A stretch of DNA of 63,806 nt, the filler included, from Octopus bimaculoides (Eukaryota), in NCBI RefSeq assembly GCF_001194135.2. It is 9 parts of 7 records of this genome, joined end to end, with 100 filler letters (N's around TTAATTAATTAA, not from the genome) between each part and the next. Parts side by side here need not be neighbours in the genome. Positions count along the whole stretch, not along the records: positions 31,810 to 47,709 come from NC_068986.1; positions 47,810 to 53,252 come from NC_068988.1; 7 more parts are not named here. One strand, given 5' to 3'. Position numbers and translations under genes: made by a program. This document shows positions 38,266 to 52,599 of this stretch, piece by piece; position 1 is the stretch's first letter; every line of letters begins with the position of its first letter. The notes beneath the pieces were generated by a model. It saw only the letters and a list, made by a program, of their open reading frames with translations, was not told the DNA's origin and did not search any database.

Positions 38266-38667
38266 AAAAACGGAGGAAAAAGACGATCATGCACAAATTT
38301 TAAATGATTCAATGACAAAGAGGGACATTCGGAGTTAAGAAGTTGCTTTTTAGCAAAAAAGAGTAAAGAGTAAAAGTTGTAAGTGTGGTAAGTAAGCGTG
38401 AAAGAAGGTGGTATGGTGAGGTACGTTGGTGTACTTGTGTGTGAGAGAATAGAGAATAGGAGATATAAGTATTTGTGCAAAGAAAAGTGCCAATGTATGA
38501 ATGGAAATTAGGGTATGTGTGTGTATGAGTGTCTGTGTATAAAAGACGAAACTAAAAAGATTGGGGCGGGCAATAGACAAAGAAATGCCTAAGAAGATGA
38601 GAGATTTTGGGGTTGATGGCGATGAAATACAAGAAGAGTGAAAGGAATTAACGAAGACAATGAAATA

Positions 38668-38766
38668 GTTGAGGTGTCCACGGTTGAGGTGTCCACGGTT
38701 GAGGTGTCCACGGTTGAGGTGTCCACGGTTGAGGTGTCCACGATTGAGGTGTCCACGTTTGAGGTG
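38668..38766. repeat. 15-bp tandem repeat, 6+ copies
   Basis: Unit gttgaggtgtccacg. Confidence 0.9.
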
Positions 38767-39200
38767 GGGTTGATATACTCGTCGACGTAAAAGTTTCTTA
38801 TTGTAAGCAATCACAACATTATACTTGATGGGTTGTTCTGTAAATTATAGCTTTAAAATCCAAGCGTGGATGGAACTTGCGGAAGCACGGTTTGCATCGA
38901 ACAAAGGTGTTGCAAGTACATAGTATATATATATATACAAAGTCTATATACTCGTTGATTATAGTGAAATCATGTCAATCGATTATAGATTNNNNNNNNN
39001 NNNNNNNNNNNNNNNNNNNNNNNNNNNNNNNNNNNNNNNNNNNNNNNNNNNNNNNNNNNNNNNNNNNNNNNNNNNNNNNNNNNNNNNNNNNNNNNNNNNN
39101 NNNNNNNNNNNNNNNNNNNNNNNNNNNNNNNNNNNNNNNNNNNNNNNNNNNNNNNNNNNNNNNNNNNNNNNNNNNNNNNNNNNNNNNNNNATATACATAT

Positions 39201-39254
<54 letters not shown>

Positions 39255-39260
39255 ACACAG

Positions 39261-39317
<57 letters not shown>

Positions 39318-39751
39318 GTATACATGTGAATATGTTTATCTACATATATATTTATATGAAATTATCTGTGCATGCATGTATATGTATGTATGTATGTATG
39401 TATTTATGTACGTAGTGTAAACTGGAATACAGATTTTTCCAAAGACCAAATTCCGAAATTCCAAATGACAACGGTTTTCTTTAGGTTCGCTAAAGTGAAA
39501 CAATATATTGAAATGGTCGGGTAGATATTTACTGCAAGTGTAAAGGTCTAAGCCTGACCTCAAACAAAGACAGAAGTCTGGATGACTGATTCGGTGGAGA
39601 AATCCATTTGAAAACGATCACTGCGTTTATACCATATCGATCAGTATCGCCATAATACAATCACACATATTAATACATACATACATACATACATACATAC
39701 ATGCATATATATGTTATTACACACACGCACACACATATATATTTGTATGTA

Positions 39752-39789
<38 letters not shown>

Positions 39790-40764
39790 NNNNNNNNNNN
39801 NNNNNNNNNNNNNNNNNNNNNNNNNNNNNNNNNNNNNNNNNNNNNNNNNNNNNNNNNNNNNNNNNNNNNNNNNNNNNNNNNNNNNNNNNNNNNNNNNNNN
39901 NNNNNNNNNNNNNNNNNNNNNNNNNNNNNNNNNNNNNNNNNNNNNNNNNNNNNNNNNNNNNNNNNNNNNNNNNNNNNNNNNNNNNNNNNNNNNNNNNNNN
40001 NNNNNNNNNNNNNNNNNNNNNNNNNNNNNNNNNNNNNNNNNNNNNNNNNNNNNNNNNNNNNNNNNNNNNNNNNNNNNNNNNNNNNNNNNNNNNNNNNNNN
40101 NNNNNNNNNNNNNNNNNNNNNNNNNNNNNNNNNNNNNNNNNNNNNNNNNNNNNNNNNNNNNNNNNNNNNNNNNNNNNNNNNNNNNNNNNNNNNNNNNNNN
40201 NNNNNNNNNNNNNNNNNNNNNNNNNNNNNNNNNNNNNNNNNNNNNNNNNNNNNNNNNNNNNNNNNNNNNNNNNNNNNNNNNNNNNNNNNNNNNNNNNNNN
40301 NNNNNNNNNNNNNNNNNNNNNNNNNNNNNNNNNNNNNNNNNNNNNNNNNNNNNNNNNNNNNNNNNNNNNNNNNNNNNNNNNNNNNNNNNNNNNNNNNNNN
40401 NNNNNNNNNNNNNNNNNNNNNNNNNNNNNNNNNNNNNNNNNNNNNNNNNNNNNNNNNNNNNNNNNNNNNNNNNNNNNNNNNNNNNNNNNNNNNNNNNNNN
40501 NNNNNNNNNNNNNNNNNNNNNNNNNNNNNNNNNNNNNNNNNNNNNNNNNNNNNNNNNNNNNNNNNNNNNNNNNNNNNNNNNNNNNNNNNNNNNNNNNNNN
40601 NNNNNNNNNNNNNNNNNNNNNNNNNNNNNNNNNNNNNNNNNNNNNNNNNNNNNNNNNNNNNNNNNNNNNNNNNNNNNNNNNNNNNNNNNNNNNNNNNNNN
40701 NNNNNNNNNNNNNNNNNNNNNNNNNNNNNNNNNNNNNNNNNNNNNNNNNNNNNNNNNNTATAGC

Positions 40765-41070
40765 CGTAGGAGTGGCTGTGTGGTAAGTAGCTTGCTTACG
40801 AACCACACGGTTCCGGGTTCAAGTGTCTTCTACTATAGCCTCGGGCCGACCAAATCCTTCTGAGTGGATTTGGTAGACGGAAACTGAAAGAAGCCCGTCG
40901 TATATATGTATATGTATATATATATGCGTGTGTGTATATGTATGTGTGTCTATGTTTGTCCCCCCACCATTGCTTGACAACCGATGCTGGTGTGTTTACG
41001 TCCCCGTAACTTTTGCGGTTCGGCAAAAGAGACCGATAGAATAAGTACTAGGCTTACAAAGAATAAGGGA
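40765..41070 (+). mobile_element. SINE family A
   Basis: Head ggagtggctgtgtggtaagtagcttgctt, internal microsatellite, and the conserved 3' half. Confidence 0.8.
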
Positions 41071-41520
41071 TCATTGTACGTATGTATTTCTATGTTATTT
41101 GAACAGTATGTCTTTTGGGTGTGGCATGTAGCCAGTCAAAGAGCTACCATAGGTTTCACGTCTACACATCTATATACAAATATACACTTATATATACTGG
41201 TTTATGTATGCATAGATACATACATATATATACGTACTAGTGGTGTCCAGGGTCATAGTCTACAACGACGAACGAACTAACTTACCATATATTCTTTTAT
41301 ACGCTTCAGCCATGCGGACGTGGTCATACTGGAGCACCACCCTAAAATATACATAACTGATTTACAAAGAATAGCAGTTGGTGAGATAAAGATGTGACAC
41401 TGTTTGTGTAGGAATACATCCCCACCCATAGTGCACACACATAGTATGTATATGTGCGTGAGTATACGTGTGTGTGTGTGTGTGTGTGTGTGTTTGTTTG
41501 TGTGTGTGTGTGTGTGTGTT

Positions 41521-41597
<77 letters not shown>

Positions 41598-42522
41598 TTT
41601 CATACTCATGCAATGTTACGCCCTTAACTCTTCAACTTCTAGTGTTCGTAACTCAATTGTCTGTACGTCCGCATAATTCAATCATTATCCTACTTTCACA
41701 TTTTGTTTCTTGTTCGGGTTGATATATTTGCGAGTTCGCGCCTTTCCCCCCTGTTTGTAACGTGGGTCAAAATATCTATAAACTTTCTCTATTTTTACTC
41801 AATTACAAATTAGTTACCAGTTTTCCTATACAGTTACACCACTGCATTCTAACTGACTATTCACCTTTTTTCTTCTTTATGCGATTCACTAATGTGAAAA
41901 GCAATCACCCATGTGTAACTATAACGTAGATTAGTGAGGTCACAGTCAGTTTGCTATGTTTAAAATTTAGTTGGAGCTATTATAGGTGTGTTTAATTTTG
42001 TTAAGTAGTACGAACTAATGTGAGCAGTGTTCGGGTTGTTTCGACAAAGTGGTGTTGTTATAATAGAAGAATGATTGGGTATAAGTTTTGTTCACAGGAA
42101 AGGGTTAGATTAGGCGGACGAAGGTGAGGAAATGTGAAATTGTGCCAAAGAGAAAAGTGGAGTTATTATTCTAGTTTGGTAAAACTAAGAGCAACGGCCG
42201 TTGAGGTGATACTCGAAACGGCAGCAGAGGGAGGAGAGAGAGGTGGCGAGAATGATGGGACAGTAAGAGAGAGAGAGAGAGAGAGAGAGAAAGTGTATGT
42301 GTGTGTGTGAGAGAGAGAGAGAAAGTGTATGTATGTATGTGTGTGAGAGAGAGAGTGTGTGTGTGAGAGAGAAGGAGAGTATGTGTGTGAAAGATAGTGT
42401 GTGTGTGTGAGAGAGAGGAAGAGAGAGAAAGAGAGTGTGTGTGTTTGTGAGAAAGGGAGACAGAGATGTAGCAAAGAACTTGAAGAAAAGGACAGGAGAA
42501 AGAAACAAACTGCTGAGTTTGT

Positions 42523-42571
<49 letters not shown>

Positions 42572-42581
42572 NNNNNNNNNN

Positions 42582-42631
<50 letters not shown>

Positions 42632-43615
42632 TGTATGTGTCATACATACAGACACACACACACATATATTCATATACATACATACATACATATATACATA
42701 AATACATATATACATAAATAAATACATATATATATATAAAGAGAGAGAGAGAGGGAGAGAGAGAAGGAGAGAAAGATAATTTTAACTATATTTGTTGAAA
42801 CTTAAACCTCTTCTATTACCTTTTGGTTTTTGTTCATTATATTTACCATACACACACGTGTGTGTGTATGTATATACATGCACAAACACATACACACACG
42901 TATATATATTCATAGACATATATATGTATATATATCGTATATATACTTATTTATAAATACATATATACGTAACCCTCTACAATATATGTGTGTGCGTAAG
43001 TGTGTGTGTATGTGTGTGTGTGTAAGTGTATATATACTGATGTTAAGAGAGAGAGAGAGAAGGAAAGAGGGTGTGAAAGAGAGAAAGAGACAGAGGAACA
43101 GGAAGGGAAAGAGAGAGAGAGCGAAGGAGAGAGAAGATATCGAGGGTTGAGTTAGAGCACAAGATAAGAAGTCTGTAATTAGCAGAGATTTGTAATTAGC
43201 GTAGATAATGTGAAGAGATGCCACAATTTGACTATAAGGCTGAGATTGAAGGGAATATGTGAAGCCTGTTTTATCTATCACACGGTCGGCTTCCTCTTCA
43301 TTTGCTTATCATTAGTGAAACCAGAGACATGTATCTATACTTTTCGACTTTGCTTAAATTAAGTTCAAAGAAATATTCACTCCGACAAATGTGTTCCTGT
43401 CGAAAGTATATTTGACCCATTTCGACTTACGTGCGACAGTAAAGCGGCGAATTATGCAAACCACTCCGAAGTTCAACGTTTGATTCTCTTTTATTTATAG
43501 GCTGTTCTAACGTTTGGCGTTACACGAAATGTCTTTCGGTTTACTGACTATGTGCCTTTAGCTGTGCCTCTCCGAGGTGAGCAAAGGGCAACGAAACCAT
43601 TCTGCATGCAAAGCT

Positions 43616-43823
43616 GATCCGTACCTGCACGTATTAGTATGTCCGTGCCTGCATGTACTGTAGATCCGTGCCTGCAATTACAGACCATCGTTACCTGCAC
43701 GTAGAGCGGACCGGTGTCTGTTCGTAGAGCGGATCAGTGCCAACACATAAAGCGTATCCACGCCAACACGTAGAGCGGATCCGTGTCTGTTCGTAGAGCG
43801 TATCCGTACCTGTATGTAGAGCA
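43616..43823. repeat. Degenerate 23-bp minisatellite, about 9 units
   Basis: Consensus gatccgtgyctgyacgtagagcg. Confidence 0.75.
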
Positions 43824-43859
43824 GAACGCAGAACGTAAAGAGCTGGAGGGGACGCTGCT

Positions 43860-43990
43860 TATTTTATCGAAACCGAAAGAATGGAAGGCAAAGACGACCT
43901 TGCCGGATTTTGAACTGAAAACGTAAAGCTGGATTAAATGCCGCTAAGCAGTTTATCCGGCGTGCTAACAATTCTGCCACCTCGCCGCTC
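43860..43990 (-). mobile_element. SINE family B head, minus
   Basis: gacgaccttgccggattttgaact...aacaattctgccacctcgcc. Confidence 0.6.
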
Positions 43991-44206
43991 TTCGCTGAAT
44001 AAAAATAATAAATACATACATGTATGTATGTATGTATGTATGTATGCATGCATGCATGTGTGTATGTGTGTGCGTGTATATATACATATATATATATATA
44101 TGTATATATACATACATACATATGAACGTATAATGTATTATGTATATATATGTAACATATGTGTGTGTACATGTATACATATCTATGTATATATAAATGT
44201 ATAATG

Positions 44207-44240
<34 letters not shown>

Positions 44241-45219
44241 TGTATGTATGTATGTATCTCTCTCTCTCTCTCTTTCTCTCTTTCNNNNNNNNNNNNNNNN
44301 NNNNNNNNNNNNNNNNNNNNNNNNNNNNNNNNNNNNNNNNNNNNNNNNNNNNNNNNNNNNNNNNNNNNNNNNNNNNNNNNNNNNNNNNNNNNNNNNNNNN
44401 NNNNNNNNNNNNNNNNNNNNNNNNNNNNNNNNNNNNNNNNNNNNNNNNNNNNNNNNNNNNNNNNNNNNNNNNNNNNNNNNNNNNNNNNNNNNNNNNNNNN
44501 NNNNNNNNNNNNNNNNNNNNNNNNNNNNNNNNNNNNNNNNNNNNNNNNNNNNNNNNNNNNNNNNNNNNNNNNNNNNNNNNNNNNNNNNNNNNNNNNNNNN
44601 NNNNNNNNNNNNNNNNNNNNNNNNNNNNNNNNNNNNNNNNNNNNNNNNNNNNNNNNNNNNNNNNNNNNNNNNNNNNNNNNNNNNNNNNNNNNNNNNNNNN
44701 NNNNNNNNNNNNNNNNNNNNNNNNNNNNNNNNNNNNATGATTGTATAATGTATGTATACATGGATGTGTCTGTATGGGTGCGTGTTATTTATCGGTTGAG
44801 TGTTCATCGGTGCGTAAATGAACACATTTCTTTCTTTTTTTTTTTTTTTTTTTTTTCACATTTTGAATAAATTCTCCCACACAAAGCTACCGAAAACCTT
44901 GCACATTATCGATGCATCACGTGCACTTGCTGCCACCATGGAAAAATCTGATAAATTTCGGGTCATCTATTGTGTCGTCGACTACATAGAACAGTGGAAA
45001 AATCGATAAAACTATAAGGTACATCAAAGGAACAACGGTAGAAAGATGGACATTCAGCATTGGTGATACTTGACTGTTTTCAGAAAATGGTGAACACATC
45101 TTAGGATCCAACGATTCACCTTAACCATGTAGTAACACGCGCCACGTCAACGAGGGCGCCTTTATGTGGTTGTTCGACCTGCGAGAAATACCAGCCAAAT
45201 TATCTTGGTACCGTAATCT

Positions 45220-45378
45220 ACTGTGGCTGTGTGGCAAGTAGCTTGCTCACCAACCACATGGTTCTAGGTTCAGTTCCACTGCGTGGCACCTTGGGCAAGT
45301 GTCTTCTACTATAGCCTCGGGCCGACCAAAGCCTTGTGAGTGGATTTGGTAAACGGAAACTGAAGGAAGCCTGTCGTA

Positions 45379-45409
<31 letters not shown>

Positions 45410-45630
45410 NNNNNNNNNNNNNNNNNNNNNNNNNNNNNNNNNNNNNNNNNNNNNNNNNNNNNNNNNNNNNNNCAGGTGTGTTTACGTCCCCGTAACTTAG
45501 CGGTTCGGCAAAAAGAGACCGATAGAATAAGTACTAGGCTTCCAAAGAATAAGTCCTGGGGTCGATTTTCTCGACTAAAGGCGGTGCCCCAGCATGGCTG
45601 CAGTCAAATGACTGAAACAATTAAAAGAGA
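45220..45630 (+). mobile_element. SINE family A, near full-length (N gap in internal microsatellite)
   Basis: Same head, CORE-like block and 3' half as the other copies. Confidence 0.8.
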
Positions 45631-45644
45631 GAGAGTATTGGTTT

Positions 45645-45835
45645 CACATTTTTGAGCAAGGCCAGGAAATTTCTGGGGAGGGCCAGTCAATTAAATCGAC
45701 CTCAGTACTCAGCTGGTACTTATTTTATCGACCCCGGAAGGATGAAAAGCAAAGTCAACCTTGGCGGAATTTGAACTCAAAACGTAAGGATGGACGAAAT
45801 GCCGTTTAGCATTTTGCCCGGTGTGCTAACGATTC
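45645..45835 (-). mobile_element. SINE family B, minus
   Basis: gctggtacttattttatcgaccccggaaggatgaaaagcaaagtcaaccttggcggaatttgaactc. Confidence 0.75.
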
Positions 45836-46046
45836 ACACCAGCTCCAATTCAACGGTGTTTCAGTAGATTTATAGCAACAACATCCATTAATATGGTGGA
45901 AATATCTGTATATAATGTGTGTGTTTGTGTGTGTAAAATTCTTTGTGTACATATTTCATTTTTTATTTTCATTTTCATTTTATCTAGTTTCATCACTTGA
46001 GCTGTGGCCATGCTGGGGCACCACCAATTGGTGTTGCTACATAATT

Positions 46047-46370
46047 TTACTTCACGAATTTTACTTCAGGAATTGACATTTGGTGCATGAGAGAGTTTGC
46101 TGCAGCTGCCCTCATCTGCACCTCCTGTCGCGAAGTTGGTTTATCTGGTACACTTGACAGGAAGAGGTCCAGCTTTATTTTGAAGATACCTACATCCACC
46201 CCATGCATGTCTCCCAGGTCCTTCGGGAGGGTATTGAAGAGCTGTGGACCTCTGAAGCCCAGGCTATTGCAGTATCTTGTTCTACATCTTGATGGCAAAT
46301 TTGGAGTACTTGGCACTAAGCAGTGGCGTCCAGTTCTTCTATTTGTGTAACTTTCGATGCGCACATCCAT
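46047..46370 (-). mobile_element. LINE ORF2 C-terminal fragment (CR1/Jockey/I group)
   Basis: RRTGRHCLVP...NSLGFRGPQLFNTLPKDL...FKIKLDLFLSSVPDKP is a typical non-LTR RT C-terminus. Confidence 0.7.
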
Positions 46371-46381
46371 ATATGAATATA

Positions 46382-46581
46382 CAGTAATTCCTCGACTATC
46401 GCGGGATAATAGGTGAAAATTCACTAAGTACAAACAGTACTGTACTGTATTTTCTATTATCATTTTTATAATTTGTATATATTTATTTTATTATAAATGC
46501 AAAACAACAACATGGAGTAATCGACCTAAGCTTAAATAACAAACCGCGATAGGTGGATCGCGATATGACGAGGTATTACTG
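46382..46581. mobile_element. 200-bp Tigger/pogo-type MITE with TA target duplication
   Basis: TA|cagtaattcctcgactatcgcg ... cgcgatatgacgaggtattactg|TA: imperfect TIR of about 22 bp beginning CAGT. Confidence 0.85.
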
Positions 46582-46969
46582 TATATGTGTGTATATATGT
46601 ATACTTGTATGTACATATGTATATACACATATGTATATGTACACGTATATATACATCCATATAAAATACACACACACACACATGTATATAATATACACAT
46701 ATGCATCTGCATTCCTCCCCCTCATCTCTGTCCCTGTCTTTCTCGATGCCATGAGAATGCTTCCGTCTGTCCGTCTGTTTCTCTTTTCCCTCTCTCTCTG
46801 TCTTTATCTGTCTCTCTCGCACTCTGTACGTGTGCATGTGTGGTGCGCATGCGTGTATGTTTGTGTGAGAGTCATTAAACGAAATCAACATGTAACGGGC
46901 TACATCCATGAAGAGCAATAGCTTCTGTAGAGTGAAGCTTAGATTTAGAATTACTAACAAATTGTGGAG

Positions 46970-47009
<40 letters not shown>

Positions 47010-47265
47010 NNNNNNNNNNNNNNNNNNNNNNNNNNNNNNNNNNNNNNNNNNNNNNNNNNNNNNNNNNNNNNNNNNNNNNNNNNNNNNNNNNNNNNNNNNN
47101 NNNNNNNNNNNNNNNNNNNNNNNNNNNNNNNNNNNNNNNNNNNNNNNNNNNNNNNNNNNNNNNNNNNNNNNNNNNNNNNNNNNNNNNNNNNNNNNNNNNN
47201 NNNNNNNNNNNNNNNNNNNNNNNNNNNNNNNNNNNNNNNNNNNNNNNNNNNNNNNNNNNNNNNNN

Positions 47266-47324
<59 letters not shown>

Positions 47325-47537
47325 TATATATATATTTGTATATGTACACCTATTTCCAAATCTACATATATATACATACGTACATGCATGCATACATGTG
47401 TGTGTATGTGTGTGTGTGTGTATGTATGTATGTGTGTGTGTATGTATGTGTGTATGTGTGCATGCGTACGTTCATATATATCTACACGCGTCTACATGTC
47501 ATTTCTCTGGAGATGTGTATAGCCCTGAATTCATCAC

Positions 47538-47572
<35 letters not shown>

Positions 47573-50419
47573 AACACAAACACGCATACACATACACATA
47601 CACATACATATAAACAGGGTGACAGAATAAAGAGAGACAAAGAGTGCGAGAGAGCGAGACTGACACATATATAAATATAAATATGTATATGAATATATAT
47701 ATATATATANNNNNNNNNNNNNNNNNNNNNNNNNNNNNNNNNNNNNNNNNNNNTTAATTAATTAANNNNNNNNNNNNNNNNNNNNNNNNNNNNNNNNNNN
47801 NNNNNNNNNTGTGTGTGTGTGTGTGTGTGTGTAAGTATATACATATATCGATATATATATATATATATATATACGTACAAAGCATAGTCTCACGCATACT
47901 CACGCATGCACACACGAACACACTCTAACATGCACGCATATAACATATATGAAAAAGTAAACGAGAAAAAAACAAGAGGGATAGAGAGATTAAGTGACAG
48001 AGAGGGAGAGAGAGATGAGGGTAGAGGGAAGTCGGATTATGCAAGAATTCCTAAAGAGTGTGAAAAAGATGTATATATTTTGCAGATATGTATTTAAAAA
48101 AAACAACAAAATTGCATACCAAAAGCACCCAGAATGCCATTTGGTAACTTTGTGATGTGGAAGAAAATTAACGAAGAACTTAAAGAGAAAAAACACGCAA
48201 ACGCAAAAACGGAAAGAAAATGAATATTAATAAACGGAAAATGCAAGAAACGTAAGCGTGAATATAAGAGATAAAGGATAAAGATAAAGAGAAGAAATTA
48301 TATCGAAAGAAAGGTTAAAAAATTGCAATTTAGAAAGAAAGGAAGAATGAAAGAATGAAAGAATGAAAGAATTACGGGTTGGATGACAATTTCTGGAAAT
48401 GTTAATTTTTATGAACAGAAAAGAAAAAAGTAAGGATAGAAACGTAAGAATGAACGGAATAAAAAGAAATTTTAAGATGAAGGAAGAAATTGCTGTGACT
48501 TTATTAATCCCCAAGGTATTGTTTTTGCCAATAGATGCATACATACCTACATACATACATACATACATACATACATACATACATGCATACATACATACAT
48601 ACATACATAGATAAAACTTACATGGAAAAGGATGCGTGCCGTTCGATCATATAATATAAATAATATATAAATATATACATATACATACATACATATATAT
48701 ATACATATATATACATACATATATATATACATATATATATATACATACATATATATACATATATATGCATGTATATATACATATATATGTAGTTATGTAC
48801 ATATATACATACATATATGTACATAACTACATATATATGTATGTATACATGCATATATGGGTACAGGACATAAAAAAANNNNNNNNNNNNNNNNNNNNNN
48901 NNNNNNNNNNNNNNNNNNNNNNNNNNNNNNNNNNNNNNNNNNNNNNNNNNNNNNNNNNNNNNNNNNNNNNNNNNNNNNCTACGATGAAAGTATACCAAAT
49001 GTTTAAACTGTCATAGTCAAATGTTTTATTTCAAACTCTCTTATTACATTTGCCTTTGGTTGTACGATTATATAAATATATGGTTTTCATCAAACTTATA
49101 GGTCGACAAGTTCACATAGATAGCAGCGTAAACTTTCTTTACGCATATCGTATTTTAGAGCTAGACTGTCTCGTAACTACAGAGAATTAAGTACTGCATA
49201 CTGATCAGTCACTCAAGAGTTATAGAAACTTTTCACTTATTTAAAACGTTGTGTTGTACCTACTCATTGATCCTGTTTACAGTTAATTCAATGGGTCATG
49301 TGAAAGTGAACTGTGTAGATGTTCAGTACCCGAAACAAATGTGCACAAGAAGTACCAACGAAAAGAAACGCAACCACAATGGTGAAAGGTGGTGCTGCAG
49401 CATGGCCTCAGCTGAATCCAGGAAACTGGAATATATATATAGATAGATAGATATAGATGTTTTCGATCTAGTTTCAATTCTTTGCCATCAAGTTTGATGG
49501 CAAAAATCCACACTAGATCGATATAAATATATATATATATANNNNNNNNNNNNNNNNNNNNNNNNNNNNNNNNNNNNNNNNNNNNNNNNNNNNNNNNNNN
49601 NNNNNNNNNNNNNNNNNNNNNNNNNNNNNNNNNNNNNNNNNNNNNNNNNNNNNNNNNNNNNNNNNNNNNNNNNNNNNNNNNNNNNNNNNNNNNNNNNNNN
49701 NNNNNNNNNNNNNNNNNNNNNNNNNNNNNNNNNNNNNNNNNNNNNNNNNNNNNNNNNNNNNNNNNNNNNNNNNNNNNNNNNNNNNNNNNNNNNNNNNNNN
49801 NNNNNNNNNNNNNNNNNNNNNNNNNNNNNNNNNNNNNNNNNNNNNNNNNNNNNNNNNNNNNNNNNNNNNNNNNNNNNNNNNNNNNNNNNNNNNNNNNNNN
49901 NNNNNNNNNNNNNNNNNNNNNNNNNNNNNNNNNNNNNNNNNNNNNNNNNNNNNNNNNNNNNNNNNNNNNNNNNNNNNNNNNNNNNNNNNNNNNNNNNNNN
50001 NNNNNNNNNNNNNNNNNNNNNNNNNNNNNNNNNNNNNNNNNNNNNNNNNNNNNNNNNNNNNNNNNNNNNNNNNNNNNNNNNNNNNNNNNNNNNNNNNNNN
50101 NNNNNNNNNNNNNNNNNNNNNNNNNNNNNNNNNNNNNNNNNNNNNNNNNNNNNNNNNNNNNNNNNNNNNNNNNNNNNNNNNNNNNNNNNNNNNNNNNNNN
50201 NNNNNNNNNNNNNNNNNNNNNNNNNNNNNNNNNNNNNNNNNNNNNNNNNNNNNNNNNNNNNNNNNNNNNNNNNNNNNNNNNNNNNNNNNNNNNNNNNNNN
50301 NNNNNNNNNNNNNNNNNNNNNNNNNNNNNNNNNNNNNNNNNNNNNNNNNNNNNNNNNNNNNNNATATATTTATATATATATATACACGCGCAAACCCATT
50401 AGCAAATTATATACACAAA

Positions 50420-51480
50420 CTTAAATCTCAAAATATTCCATATATCCTATCCTGTCCATGGTAAGTGCGGCTTCCCTCATACAACACAAACATAGCTATG
50501 TGTAAATTATGTTTAAGAGAACCGCTAACCATTTTTCGCCTCTATAACTCCTCATTACTTAACAGATTCTCAGATGTAATATTCTCTTGTAAACACAAGT
50601 TCTACTCATCATTCGCGCTTATTTTATATGATCCCACAACTATATGCATCCATACTCAAAATTAAACTTCAACTAAGACGAGGTCAGCCTAGCAACCTAC
50701 TACCTCAAAAATTACTACCCTATTTAAACTATTCTTTCTCGTACTAACCTTTTCAAATTCTTCTAGGCCACTACTTTCTACCTCCTCAATAGCCTCTTCA
50801 CCTTCGTAAGTGGTTTCCTCTCACTTCTCCTTACCAAAAGTATTTAATATTCTCCCCCATTCCATTGGATATTAACCTGTCAACCTTACCCCCTCCCTAT
50901 TCATTTCCTTCTATTCAATTTCATACATCTCTGCATACCACTATACTTCCCCTCCAATACGAACTCAAATTTTTTATCCCACAAACGGCTGCTTTATCGA
51001 CTACCAACTCACCCGACCAGTCTGTCCACCCCTTCTACATTCTCTTGTACCTCTCTACATATTTTAGCCACTGAACTAATATCTTATTTCCCTCGTATAA
51101 TGGCCATTCCCTTTTCTCACTAACTCAAACACACCTAATACATTAGACTTCCATTCATATATTACCTACCTCACCCTTCTCACATCCTCCTTCTTTCCAC
51201 ATCTACTACTACTCCCTACTGGCCTCTTTATTAACCCTCACTCTTGCATTACATTTTCTTCCCTAAGTATTCCTTATCTTAGTACCCGCTCCCCCAGTTC
51301 TCCCCTCTAATACATTTAGCCTCCCACATTCAATCATTCCACCTTTGAACTTCTCTCCTTTCACATCTCAAATCTAAGATGACTTCCCTGAAGACGGAAG
51401 TTCGTCTCATCCTATCATGCAATCAAACTACAGACGTTATTATAGGCCGGCGAGACCCCAGAAACAGCTGTTGGATTTTT
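50420..51480 (+). mobile_element. Penelope-like element 3' part: GIY-YIG C-terminus, pyrimidine-rich UTR, terminal-repeat motif
   Basis: LKSQNIPYILS...PSYNTNIAMCKLCLREPLTIF...LLNRFSDVIFSCKHK (50420-50599) fits the PLE LK..NI.Y.I.W...YN...C.LCL.EK..I...LLNKRSE...CRH motif. The segment ends in CTGAAGA...GAAACAGCTGT. Confidence 0.65.
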
Positions 51481-52599
51481 AATACTTTTCCTTCACCCCT
51501 TTCATTCTCTATATCATTTGTACTCTGTGTAATTGGACATTTCTATATGCATACGTATATACATTGTTTGTATTTCATGTATTTAATATACTTTATATAT
51601 TGATCTGTTTAATTCGTTTATCCCTACATTTACCGCTATATACACCTGTGTATATATATATATATATATNNNNNNNNNNNNNNNNNNNNNNNNNNNNNNN
51701 NNNNNNNNNNNNNNNNNNNNNNNNNNNNNNNNNNNNNNNNNNNNNNNNNNNNNNNNNNNNNNNNNNNNNNNNNNNNNNNNNNNNNNNNNNNNNNNNNNNN
51801 NNNNNNNNNNNNNNNNNNNNNNNNNNNNNNNNNNNNNNNNNNNNNNNNNNNNNNNNNNNNNNNNNNNNNNNNNNNNNNNNNNNNNNNNNNNNNNNNNNNN
51901 NNNNNNNNNNNNNNNNNNNNNNNNNNNNNNNNNNNNNNNNNNNNNNNNNNNNNNNNNNNNNNNNNNNNNNNNNNNNNNNNNNNNNNNNNNNNNNNNNNNN
52001 NNNNNNNNNNNNNNNNNNNNNNNNNNNNNNNNNNNNNNNNNNNNNNNNNNNNNNNNNNNNNNNTGTGTGTGTGTGTGTATGTATGTATATAGACATATAT
52101 ACACGCACAGAGTATGCAGGCAGTGGCAAAGGGTGTGTTTCCTAACGACATTTCATTTTGAGAATAAAATCTACAATCTCTAAGGATAGAAGTTTGAGTT
52201 ATTATCTCAATAAAATGAAAACGCTGATATATCTCGTCGATTCAATTAGTGAAATGGATTAACTGATTGGGAAATGAAGGATTTAAGCCTGTTGTATTAA
52301 AGTTTGTCTTTTTGCGTGCTTTATGGAAAAACATTTTCCCAGAAATCTAATTTCGTTTTTGCCCATAAAGAGAGAAATTATTGACATTAAAAACATGAGA
52401 AACATTTATTTACCTATATGATTCGTAAATTCAGCGCTTATTTAATGGACAAAGTTAAAACGCCAATATGCTGGAAACAAGATAACTTCCTACCCTGGAG
52501 CAAATATCGTTTAAACGCAACCTACACTGTGTTACCTCATTAGAATTGAAGCAGGCTATTTTATAGAAAAAAATCGGCTCCAGAGATATCAGTAAACAC

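Noticed and set aside
38668-38766. 15-bp and 39-bp (17772) arrays as possible CRISPR repeats
   Set aside because: Units are contiguous with no unique spacers, there are no cas genes, and the context is eukaryotic.
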